Shown here: piece after piece, positions 1 to 8,115 of the stretch
Numbering within the stretch: the stretch's first letter is position 1
Layout: the number at the start of each line of letters is the position of its first letter
Assembly (NCBI GenBank): GCA_003056265.1
Contig: NBVN01000001.1
Span: forward strand, 180,001-212,000
DNA from: Zestosphaera tikiterensis
GTDB taxonomy: Archaea > Thermoproteota > Thermoprotei_A > Sulfolobales > NBVN01
Reading direction: 5' to 3'
DNA: 32,000 bases
Position numbers and translations under genes: made by a program
Notes under the pieces: generated by a model
Seen by the model: only the letters and a program-made list of their open reading frames with translations
Database searches by the model: none
What the model was told of the DNA's origin: nothing

Positions 1-5
1 CCGTC

Positions 6-1001
6 TTACCCACTTGAATCACCTGCGAAGTATATGAAGACGTCTTCCAGCGTTGGTTCCTCAAGCTTGAACTTCACTATGTCTAAACCTGCTGAAGTTA
101 TCACTTTAACTACGTCGTCAACTACCTCTTCAGGGTTTTTCGTCAATATCTTAAGCACGTAAGTCTCTTCGGAGCTTTGACTATATTGAGAAACCTCTAG
201 TCCCATCTCCTTAAACGTGTTGATTATGTGGTTAGGTGCTTCACGAAGATGCACTTCTAAAGCTCTAACTTTAGGTATCCTACTCTTAAGCTCTTCAGGA
301 CTTCCTTCAGCAACAATCCTGCCTTTATTAATCATAACTATCCTATCGCATACTATCTCAACCTCAAACATGTTATGCGACGTATATAGAACTGCCTTCC
401 CCTCTCTAGCTAATTCCTTAACTAAAAGCCTTATCTTCCTAGCTGAAGGTGGGTCAAGCCCTAAAGTTGGTTCGTCAAGAAACACTACAGGAGGGTCTTT
501 AAGAAGCGCTCTAGCTAAAGATAACCTAGCCTTCATACCTAAGCTAAACTCTTCGAAAAGCCTGTCGCTACCGCCTAGCTTATCCAACTCAAGAAGGTTT
601 AAGAGCTTATCAATCCTATCCTTAAGGATTTTAGGCGGTATGCCGTATAGAGCACCGAAATATTCGAGGTTCTCCCTACCAGTAAGTCTGTTGTAGAATC
701 CCTTCTCAACAGTTAACATTATTCCTATCCTCTCACGAACTTTATCCGCCTCACGAACTACGTCGAAACCTTCAACGTAGGCTTCACCGCTGTCCGGTAG
801 CAGTAAAGTCGACAATATCTTAATGGTTGTTGTTTTACCGGCGCCGTTAGGTCCTAATAAACCAACTACCTCACCATGCCTAACGTTAAGTGAGACACCT
901 CTTAAAGCTTCGACATATTCAGTAACGCTACGTATTAAACCAAGCCTCTTCTTAGTCACGTATTTCTTAAATAAATTCCTAGCTTCAACAGCTATACTCA
1001 C
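6..1001 (-). CDS. ABC transporter ATP-binding protein (DrrA/NatA-like, with C-terminal accessory domain)
   Basis: 331-aa ORF. Walker A GPNGAGKTT, signature FSLGMKARL, Walker B VVFLDEPTLGLD, H-loop YTSHNM. GTG start at 1001 with a TATA-like AACTATATAATT about 20-30 nt upstream on the minus strand. Confidence 0.9.
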   Translation of the reverse strand: MSIAVEARNLFKKYVTKKRLGLIRSVTEYVEALRGVSLNVRHGEVVGLLGPNGAGKTTTIKILSTLLLPDSGEAYVEGFDVVREADKVRERIGIMLTVEKGFYNRLTGRENLEYFGALYGIPPKILKDRIDKLLNLLELDKLGGSDRLFEEFSLGMKARLSLARALLKDPPVVFLDEPTLGLDPPSARKIRLLVKELAREGKAVLYTSHNMFEVEIVCDRIVMINKGRIVAEGSPEELKSRIPKVRALEVHLREAPNHIINTFKEMGLEVSQYSQSSEETYVLKILTKNPEEVVDDVVKVITSAGLDIVKFKLEEPTLEDVFIYFAGDSSG

Positions 1002-1192
1002 ACATCAACACCTATTTGAGAATTATATAGTTACGTAAATATAACTTTCAACGCTTAGGTGATCAATTAAGGAACAATACTAACAACTTCTTAAATCGCT
1101 AAGTTCTTACGTTAGTTACGCTTATTCCTACGTTGTTCAGCGATCGGAAGATTTATAAGCTTTCCCTTATTTAGAGTGTTGGGTTTTCAGTT

Positions 1193-1765
1193 ATGATGCA
1201 TAAATTGAGTAGATGTAACGTTTGGTTAATGCTGTCTTTAGCGGCTATCGCCATACCTCTGCTTTTCATAGCTTTAGCTGCACTCCTCTCAGGGTGGTTT
1301 AACATATATAACAACGCTTTAAGCGACTTAGGCCATGCTGTAAGAAGTAACGTAGCTTTAATATTTAACCTTGGGTTAAGTCTCGGGGGTTTACTGCTAG
1401 TAATAACATCTATTGGATGTATCTTTAGAAGGTATAGAGTTCTCTCATACGTGGGTGTTTTAGTAGGTTATAGCCTAACCTTAGTCGCCGTTTTCGACGA
1501 GGTTTATGGACGGCTACATTTCATTGTTTCAGTAGCTTTCTTCCTATCCTTAGCTATTATGTTAATTACGTATATGGCGGTCTTTAAGAAAGTAACTCCT
1601 ATACCGTCGTTGGTGGTGAGTGTTCTAGCTTGGTATGCGCATTTAACGTACAGAATCCCTAGAGGTGCTGCGATACCTGAACTTATCTCTATATTCGCTA
1701 CAATGCCTTTCTATATTGACGTAGTTCTAAGGAGTTTAAAACCATGTGATGAACAACAGGGTTAG
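1193..1765 (+). CDS. polytopic membrane protein, about 6 predicted TM helices (possibly DUF998-like)
   Basis: 190-aa ORF made almost entirely of hydrophobic helices. An LSDLGH motif follows TM1. Family assignment is from memory only. Confidence 0.6.
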   Translation: MMHKLSRCNVWLMLSLAAIAIPLLFIALAALLSGWFNIYNNALSDLGHAVRSNVALIFNLGLSLGGLLLVITSIGCIFRRYRVLSYVGVLVGYSLTLVAVFDEVYGRLHFIVSVAFFLSLAIMLITYMAVFKKVTPIPSLVVSVLAWYAHLTYRIPRGAAIPELISIFATMPFYIDVVLRSLKPCDEQQG

Positions 1766-1822
1766 AAGACCATTTAACTCAAGTTAAACGATCTACTTGA
1801 AAAATCCCTTCAATTTTTCAAC

Positions 1823-2377
1823 TTAAAAACCTACGTACTTATTCTTAGGTGCTCCACAAACAGGGCATTTATCGGGTGCTTCCTTACCTACATGTGTATG
1901 CCCGCATATCGGACATATCCATACATTACCTTCTAACGGCATATCCTGACCTTTATCCACGTACTCCTTAGCTTTCTTATAGAGTTCGGCATGTATCTTC
2001 TCAGCTTCTAAAGCCCATTTAAAACTTACTTCAGCGTTTTTCTCGCCTTGATACTTAGCTATCTCCATATAGACTGGGTACATCTCTTCAATCTCGAATA
2101 CTTCACCACGTATCGCTAACTCAAGGTTTTTAGATGTGTTGCCTGGGCCGAAAGGTGCTCCAGCAACTACTTTAGCATCTACGTTTAAGTCTTTCAGTCT
2201 TTCGTAATGGTTTCTCGCATGTACTTGCTCCGCGTAAGCTATGGCTTTAAACAGCCTAGCTACGTTCTTAAAGCCTTCCTTCTCAGCTATTTCAGCGAAT
2301 ATTAAATACCTCATATGCGCCATTGATTCACCGCCATATGCCGACATTAAAGCGTCTTGAGTCATCGGTTTAACCAT
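1823..2377 (-). CDS. rbr: rubrerythrin
   Basis: Three ExxH di-iron motifs (ESMAHMRY, AEQVHARNH, EAEKIHAELY) plus a C-terminal rubredoxin-like CPICGH...CPVCGAPK. I chose the ATG at 2377 (MVKPMTQDAL...) because TTATATAT lies about 24 nt upstream. The ORF-track start at 2452 adds 25 non-homologous residues. Confidence 0.9.
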   Translation of the reverse strand: MVKPMTQDALMSAYGGESMAHMRYLIFAEIAEKEGFKNVARLFKAIAYAEQVHARNHYERLKDLNVDAKVVAGAPFGPGNTSKNLELAIRGEVFEIEEMYPVYMEIAKYQGEKNAEVSFKWALEAEKIHAELYKKAKEYVDKGQDMPLEGNVWICPICGHTHVGKEAPDKCPVCGAPKNKYVGF

Positions 2378-2509
2378 AGTATTAACACCGAATATATAAC
2401 GATTCGCATGTTTAAATACTTTAGCAGGTAAGTACCACGTGTTAGTTTGCATTGTCGAATGTATAGACGTTATTTAATATGGTAAGTAGTTAGAAAATCT
2501 AACTTTATA

Positions 2510-3823
2510 TTAGGTCAGCAGATCCTTATTACGCGTGAGGAACTCCTCGAAAACATTAACGAATTTGATTAAGTCTTCATCGGAATGCGCTATCGAGAGG
2601 AATAGATGTGGTTTCGTGGGTGATTGATATACGATGCCGTTATCGAGCATGTGCTTGAATAAAGCCTCACATGCTTTCACGTTTTTAGTTCTTTCTGAGG
2701 TCAAGCCGTTGATGGGTTTCTCCTTAGTGAAGTGTATGCCGACCATAGACCCCAGCCCAGTTACGTAGCTTTGAATACCGTGCTTTTCTACAACCTCCTC
2801 AAGCATCGACTTCAGCTTATTTCCAACACCGTATAACTTACTGTAGAAGCCCTCACCCTTACTTAGTAAGTCTTTTATTAACGTATAGCCTGCCCTCATC
2901 GTGAGAGGATTACCTACGAAAGTCCCTCCATGGAAAGCCCTTTCCCAGAAATGCGGGTGTTTCGTATGGTCTAGCAACTCCATATATTCGGCCTTACCTA
3001 CTAAAGCCCCAGCACCTGGGAAGTACTGACCGCCAACCGTTTTACCGGTGGTTATGAGGTCTGGCCTAACCCCGAAGTAGTTTTGAGCGCCTCTGAAGAA
3101 TCTAAACCCTGTTATTACTTCATCGAATATCAGTAGGAATCCCTCCTCATCAGCTAATTCCCTCAACCCCTTAAGGAATTCCCTCTCTGCCGGTATACAT
3201 CCGGCAACACCCATTACCGGCTCAACTATTAACGCGGCCAGGTTCTCTCCCTTAACCTTCTTACGGACGCCGTCTAAGTCGTTATACGGTAGTAAAACTA
3301 AATCCTTAGGCGGTGCGTAGGTTAAATCTAACGAAGCCGGCTTATCGTATGGGTAGTTAACACCAGCGTGTAGGCCTTCATAGCCGCCGTGCCACCCACC
3401 TTCAAACTTACCTACCTTAACCCTACGTGTGTATGCTCGCGCAAGCCTCACAGCGTACATGTTAGCTTCAGTACCTGAGTTAGTAGGTCTAACCATATCC
3501 ATGCCAAACCATTCAGTAACGGCTTCAGCCCACCTAACCTCCCACTCGTTACACCATCCGAAATGCGTGCCTAACTCCAGCTGCTCCCTTATCGCTTGAA
3601 TAACGGGTTCGTAGCCAAACCCCGTCACTACAGCTCCGTGGCCCATCCAGAAATCTATGTATTCGTTGCCGTCGACATCCCACAGCCTAGATCCTTTAGC
3701 TTTAACTACGTAGAAGGGGTATGGGGGTATCGCCCTTAACCCGTATGAAACCCCTCCCGGTAGGTGTTTTTTAGCTCTTTCATAAAGCTCTCTAGACTTA
3801 GGTGTTCTATCTACGTAAACCAC
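2510..3823 (-). CDS. class-III PLP aminotransferase, glutamate-1-semialdehyde 2,1-aminomutase (HemL)-like
   Basis: 437 aa. HemL-like blocks are present: PGGVSYGLR, NSGTEANMYAVRLARAYT, KFEGGWHGG, FDEVITGFR, and PLP-lysine context TTGKTVGG. GTG start overlaps the upstream gene stop by 13 nt. Confidence 0.75.
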   Translation of the reverse strand: MVYVDRTPKSRELYERAKKHLPGGVSYGLRAIPPYPFYVVKAKGSRLWDVDGNEYIDFWMGHGAVVTGFGYEPVIQAIREQLELGTHFGWCNEWEVRWAEAVTEWFGMDMVRPTNSGTEANMYAVRLARAYTRRVKVGKFEGGWHGGYEGLHAGVNYPYDKPASLDLTYAPPKDLVLLPYNDLDGVRKKVKGENLAALIVEPVMGVAGCIPAEREFLKGLRELADEEGFLLIFDEVITGFRFFRGAQNYFGVRPDLITTGKTVGGQYFPGAGALVGKAEYMELLDHTKHPHFWERAFHGGTFVGNPLTMRAGYTLIKDLLSKGEGFYSKLYGVGNKLKSMLEEVVEKHGIQSYVTGLGSMVGIHFTKEKPINGLTSERTKNVKACEALFKHMLDNGIVYQSPTKPHLFLSIAHSDEDLIKFVNVFEEFLTRNKDLLT

Positions 3824-4839
3824 TTAAAATCACCTAAGAAGGCTGATGGGGTCATGACGTCCTTCATCGTTATAAGTCCCGGAGGTGCTTTCATAAGCCT
3901 GGGTATCATGTTTATAACCATAGCAGCCGTCGCTATATCGCCGGATACCCCTAAGTCATTCCTCCACCTAATGTTCGGCTCACCTTCAATAACCACTTCA
4001 TCGTAGTCCTGCCTCCCTACGGAGGCGTAGAGATCGTATCTGATGAATTCCTTACCCCCTACGTAACCAACACCCCATCCGTGAATGCCGCTTACCCTAC
4101 CCGGCTCTATCTTAAAGTACTGTGTCTCCATATACTTGTCAGCCACTACGGGTTCCTGACCCTCATCAACTTTATCTATCTTAACACCTAAAATACACGC
4201 TAGGAGCATTACAGACTCAGCGTAGCCTACGTGGGCTGTTATCTCACCACTGCTTATCTTAGCTTTAAACTCCTCGGGAGTCATGCTTAACCCGTACTTC
4301 TTCTGGAATGAGTACCTTCTCTTAGCAGCGTCTAGAGACCGCACCACGTGAATCCTGTTTATTTCAACGGCAACCGACGAGAGAACTGCCGGTAAAGTAT
4401 CGAATACGTAACCTGGATTGACTCCAGTGCCTAAAACCCTTACGTTGTGTTTCTTGGCGTATTCGTCTATAAGGGTGGCCAACTCTGGGTATCTATACCA
4501 TGGGTAAGCAAGCGTTTCTGAAGTGGATATTACGTTAGCCCCTACTGAAATAGCCCTAACTATCTGCGGGTATATCTTATCTAGGTATGTCCCTGTGGAG
4601 AGGACGACGACATGCGGCTTTACAGCCTTCATTAAAGTTAAAGCGTCTCGCTCATGAACCACCTTAACACCTAAGGACCTACCTAACCCTACGACCTCAC
4701 CTAAGTCTTTACCTACTTTAGCTGGGTCGATGTCAACCCCACCAACCAACTCAACGCCGGCCTTCCTATCTAAGTACTTACCTACTAAAGCACCTATAGG
4801 ACCTAAGCCATAAATCAACACTCTAAGGTTCTCGCCCAT
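3811..4839 (-). CDS. NAD(P)-dependent DapB-like oxidoreductase (2,4-diaminopentanoate / native amine dehydrogenase-like family)
   Basis: 342 aa. N-terminal Rossmann motif IYGLGPIGALVG, central GTGVNPGY, C-terminal GDIATAAMVINMIP. This resembles DapB-fold amine dehydrogenases. Family call is from recollection, not a search. Confidence 0.6.
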   Translation of the reverse strand: MGENLRVLIYGLGPIGALVGKYLDRKAGVELVGGVDIDPAKVGKDLGEVVGLGRSLGVKVVHERDALTLMKAVKPHVVVLSTGTYLDKIYPQIVRAISVGANVISTSETLAYPWYRYPELATLIDEYAKKHNVRVLGTGVNPGYVFDTLPAVLSSVAVEINRIHVVRSLDAAKRRYSFQKKYGLSMTPEEFKAKISSGEITAHVGYAESVMLLACILGVKIDKVDEGQEPVVADKYMETQYFKIEPGRVSGIHGWGVGYVGGKEFIRYDLYASVGRQDYDEVVIEGEPNIRWRNDLGVSGDIATAAMVINMIPRLMKAPPGLITMKDVMTPSAFLGDFKWFT

Positions 4840-4886
4840 AAATACGCACCGATAATATCTTGCTGTAGGTTTAAATAAGTTTATCC

Positions 4887-6041
4887 TTACCTACGTATGC
4901 GATATTTCCTACCACGCCACTTAAGTGTTTCACTACATGAGGCCATCAACCCAGCAGCTAGGACTAAACCCGATAAAGGCGTTGTTAAAGCGTAACTCCT
5001 TGAGTAGTTATTTAGTTTAGCGCCATACATATGCGTGTAAGTCATTAAGCCGTAGTTAGCTGCGGAAGCTATCGTAAGGGTATAGACCCCTGTTAAGAGT
5101 CCTAAGAATATACCTAAAGGAGGCAGTACGTAGCTTAAGCCCACTAAAACAGCAGCGCTTAAAGCCTTAAACTTACTTCGGCAGTATGTGTGTAGAACTC
5201 TGCCTAGGACTTCAACGTTCTCCTTAATGGTTTCGTACCATTCAGTAACTACGAAGTTAAAGCCTTCAACTACTTTAAAAGGTATCCCCAACGCCTTAGC
5301 CCTCTTAGCTAAGGCTTTATCCTCAACTAACTCCCCTTTAACAGCTTCATGCGTGCCTAACCTTACATACACGTCCTTTAAAACACCCCAGCAACAGCCG
5401 TAAAACCAAGCTAAGCCACTCCTTAAATTGAATACTTTATTAAAGCCTAAGAAAGCATGTGAGAACGTAGTTAACACGACTTCAATACTACGGCATGTAC
5501 TTGACCGGCAGTGGAAGGAAGGTGCGTAAGAAGCTAAGCCATATTTAACGGTGGAGCATATCAATCTCCTTAAAGCGTCTCTAGACTTAAACCATACGTC
5601 AACATCTATGAAAACTAAGACATTACCTGAAGAAGCCTTAAACCCTTGAATTAAGGCGTAGTTTTTCGGGGCCCAATCCACGGCAACGTCGTTAAGCCTT
5701 AAATACCTTACATTCAGGCTTAACGCATTACGTAACTCCTCAACCACCTCAGGCGTGTTGTCAACGCTATTGTCGTCAACAACAATAACCTCAGCCGGTT
5801 TGAAGTCCTGCTCGTCAATACTTAGTAAAAGCCTACGTAAGGAGTTAGAGGAATTCCTAGTGGGGATAATAACTGAAACCTTGATTCTATCATCAATAGG
5901 GCAAACCTCAGCTTGCGTAAGGGAATTTAAACTCTCCCGTAAAGATTTAAAGCCGTAAAGCCACGCAACCATGTTTAAAAACGTTAATCCAAACACTATT
6001 GAAATGCTTACGTCTAGCAACTCCATACCGTATCCTAGCAA
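4887..6041 (-). CDS. membrane-anchored family-2 glycosyltransferase
   Basis: GT2 signature VSVIIPTRNSSNSL...EVIVVDDNSVDNT and a DxD-like FIDVDV. One N-terminal and several C-terminal TM helices. The ORF opens with TTG at 6041; the ATG at 6026 (MELLDVS...) is the more likely start. Confidence 0.85.
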   Translation of the reverse strand: MLGYGMELLDVSISIVFGLTFLNMVAWLYGFKSLRESLNSLTQAEVCPIDDRIKVSVIIPTRNSSNSLRRLLLSIDEQDFKPAEVIVVDDNSVDNTPEVVEELRNALSLNVRYLRLNDVAVDWAPKNYALIQGFKASSGNVLVFIDVDVWFKSRDALRRLICSTVKYGLASYAPSFHCRSSTCRSIEVVLTTFSHAFLGFNKVFNLRSGLAWFYGCCWGVLKDVYVRLGTHEAVKGELVEDKALAKRAKALGIPFKVVEGFNFVVTEWYETIKENVEVLGRVLHTYCRSKFKALSAAVLVGLSYVLPPLGIFLGLLTGVYTLTIASAANYGLMTYTHMYGAKLNNYSRSYALTTPLSGLVLAAGLMASCSETLKWRGRKYRIRR

Positions 6042-6222
6042 ATATTGCGTAGATAGTTAAATCTTAACATACTTAAAACTTTTACTTCATAACTCAGGGT
6101 TTTAGTTCAAACGCTTCTATCGCTTCTACATCTGAACACTGGATAAGGTTTTAACATATGAACTTCTCTTTAACTAACAGTTAACGAGTAGTGACTTAAT
6201 AAAGCTGGCTTAGCTTTAAGTT

Positions 6223-6704
6223 ATGGAAGTGGAAAGCATGCCTTTCCCGGGGAGGAGGGTTGTCGTAGGGTCTGACGATCTATACCCAGCTGTGGAGGCA
6301 GTTATTAAATATCTAAAGGAGAAGGGGTTTGAGGTGGTTTTGGTTGGATCGCCTAAGACAGGTAAGCCGGAGCCTGGCCTTTAGTCGGTTATGAAATAGG
6401 TAAATTGGTTGCTGAGGGATCCGCTGACTGGGGGGTTGCTATATGCTATACAGGTACGGGAATCTCCATCGCAGCTAATAAGGTCTGTGGGGTTAGAGCA
6501 GCTTTATGCAATGACGCCGAAACAGCGCGTGGAGCTAGGCTTTGGAATGACGCAAACGTACTAGCGATGAGCAGTAGACTCATAACTAACTACCTAGTTA
6601 AGGAAATACTAGAAGCTTGGATCTCCACAACAAACATAGATGTAAGCGAAGCTAACAACATAAAAACACTTAAAAAACTAGACGAAGGAAGGAAATGCCC
6701 ATAA
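6223..6704 (+). pseudogene. rpiB: ribose-5-phosphate isomerase B (RpiB/LacAB family) interrupted by a 1-nt frame change
   Basis: N-terminal frame 6223-6384 reads MEVESMPFPGRRVVVGSDDLYPAVEAVIKYLKEKGFEVVLVGSPKTGKPEPGL*. The -1 frame is open from 6366 and reads AGAWPLVGYEIGKLVAEGSADWGVAICYTGTGISIAANKVCGVRAALCNDAETARGARLWNDANVLAM... Joined, the two parts give about 150 aa, which is normal RpiB length and motif order. Confidence 0.8.
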
Positions 6705-6708
6705 AACA

Positions 6709-6862
6709 TTAACTCCCTCAATCGCTTTTAGCCACTTCTTACAACTTACCTTCATCACCCCACCTATCTTCCACTCCCGCTTTTCAGGAGCCTAGCTTCA
6801 TAAGTCAAACCCTCCTTCTCACCCTTCACTAAACTCCCTCAAGCGAAGGTAGGAGCGGAAAA
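6709..6862 (-). repeat. G-rich intergenic element, copy A (inverted relative to the other copies)
   Basis: The minus strand reads CTTCGCTTGAGGGAGTTTAG...TTATGAAGCTAGGCTCCTGAAAAGCGGGAGTGG...GGTGATGAAGG...GCGATTGAGGGAGTTAATG. It shares colinear motifs with copies B-E. A TTTTTAAATTATTTT TATA-like box lies immediately upstream on the minus strand (6863-6880). Confidence 0.55.
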
Positions 6863-6910
6863 TAATTTAAAAATAATGAAAAGCTACGAAACTTGAGGAG
6901 GCGTCTAGCT

Positions 6911-7270
6911 ATGGGTTATGTTCGCGTTAAGGGAGTTATCGCTAATCCTTTGAAGCGAGAGGTTAGAGTGGAGGTAGAGTTCATAGCTGATACTGGAGCA
7001 ATCTACACGATGATATCCAAAACCATTGCTGAAAAACTAGGTCTAGAGATCATGGGTAAGCGTAAGTTCAGAGTTGCGAGCGGTGATGCGGTTGAGTATC
7101 CAGTAGCTGAAGCATACATAATCGTTGAGGATAGAGGAGTTACAAGCTTAGTAGTCATAGGGCCGGAGAACACTATTCCATTACTAGGCGTCACCACACT
7201 AGAACTACTGGGCTATCAAGTCGACCCAGTAACCGGTAAGTTGAAGCCGTTAGAGCTAATGATCCTCTGA
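6911..7270 (+). CDS. retropepsin-like clan AA aspartic protease (small archaeal AF_0612-like family)
   Basis: About 119 aa with the catalytic motif FIADTGAIYT (D-T-G-A), and the size and layout of single-domain retropepsins. The ATG at 6911 is preceded by GAGGAGG 9-10 nt upstream. The ORF-track TTG at 6893 is less likely. Confidence 0.75.
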   Translation: MGYVRVKGVIANPLKREVRVEVEFIADTGAIYTMISKTIAEKLGLEIMGKRKFRVASGDAVEYPVAEAYIIVEDRGVTSLVVIGPENTIPLLGVTTLELLGYQVDPVTGKLKPLELMIL

Positions 7271-7288
7271 AACACTGAAACACAAACC

Positions 7289-7321
7289 GCATATGCATAC
7301 ACTTTTACTTTTTGCATATGC
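7289..7321. repeat. two copies of the 8-bp palindrome GCATATGC (7289-7296, 7314-7321), plus a partial third copy TGCATATAC ending at 7334
   Basis: Read directly from the sequence. The site lies between the convergent protease gene and the small minus-strand ORF. Confidence 0.6.
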
Positions 7322-7335
7322 TTCATGCATATACT

Positions 7336-7542
7336 TCAGATGCTCCAAAACCTCGTTTTCTCGACCCATTCAATCTGAAGAAGGTTTGGAGTTGTTGTAA
7401 CTGCTAAGTACTCCATAGACATTAACAGGTTATCTGCACTCATCTCAGCAAACTCTTCTACCTGCCTAAGCACCTTTCCTTTATCAGCGAAAGATATCTC
7501 AAAGCCTCTGGCGGACCTCAGCCTAACCCTTCTCCAGAACAC
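7336..7542 (-). CDS. hypothetical protein (68 aa), possibly a gene remnant
   Basis: Open frame only, with no recognisable motifs. The upstream minus-strand sequence breaks into short frames. Confidence 0.25.
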   Translation of the reverse strand: MFWRRVRLRSARGFEISFADKGKVLRQVEEFAEMSADNLLMSMEYLAVTTTPNLLQIEWVEKTRFWSI

Positions 7543-7783
7543 TATACGACGCTCTTTACAACTAGTCCTGAGGGCTGTGGAAAGACTGCTCTATCCAGAC
7601 AGGCTTTCGAGAAGTGAAGATTCAGGGACGTAGCTGGAGACCTTGCAGTACCAGCACTAGACGAGAGGAGGTAGGCATTGTCGATCTAATGCTTAGATAG
7701 TTCTCAGCTCTTTCAAAGCATAGAAAACTAGCGGCGTTCATAGCTGACAATATTTTCCAAGCTGTTTCTAGAGTGTTGTAAAG

Positions 7784-8105
7784 CTTAAATGTTTTGGATA
7801 GTTTTCTATTTTGAGTGATGATGTTGTGGGTTAATGATCTCCTATCCTATGATCAGTTATGTTGTGCGGGTTTTGGGGGTTGATGTTCTCTATGACGTTC
7901 AATCAAATAGGAGGTGTGTGGCGCTCACTTCGACGGAACCCCATGAAGTACGGATGGAATCTACAAAATAGAGTTGAAAGCTGGATAGACGAGTCCCCTG
8001 CGACTAATGAGGGTATAGAGGTTGGAGATGAGGCAGTATGGCAGTTCACACTACGTAGGGAAGTTGCTGGAAGAGCTTTAGAAGAGGGGTGAGCGATTCA
8101 TCGCG
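7784..8105 (+). repeat. G-rich element copy E with promoter-like CTTAAATGTTTT box; candidate long leader of the first HEPN-MNT operon
   Basis: CTTAAATGTTTT at 7784-7795 is identical to 10232-10243. It is followed by a GT-rich GGTTTTG segment, GTGTGGCGCTCAC, CCATGAAG (7943) and AATGAGGG (8006), in the same order as in copy C. No TATA-like box lies within 60 nt of the HEPN start at 8116. Confidence 0.5.
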
Positions 8106-8115
8106 GTGAGCTTCA

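Noticed and set aside
2378-2452. The 25-codon N-terminal extension of rubrerythrin in the longest ORF.
   Set aside because: The extension (MQTNTWYLPAKVFKHANRYIFGVNT) has no counterpart in rubrerythrins, and it contains the TATA-like TTATATAT box that correctly positions the ATG at 2377.
7811-7862. A possible C/D-box sRNA, suggested by GTGATGA at 7815-7821 and other TGATC / ATGAT strings.
   Set aside because: No properly spaced CUGA D or D' boxes follow the C-box-like motif on the plus strand. The minus strand has CTGA but no upstream RUGAUGA. The box order and the 12-nt guide spacing are not satisfied.
7859-8092. A 77-aa ORF (MLCGFWGLMF...) upstream of HEPN1.
   Set aside because: It lies inside repeat-element copy E. 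Its sequence is homologous at the nucleotide level to copies C and D, but there it is read in other frames or interrupted by stops. It is Trp-rich with no motifs and has no promoter or SD context. It is more likely part of a non-coding leader.
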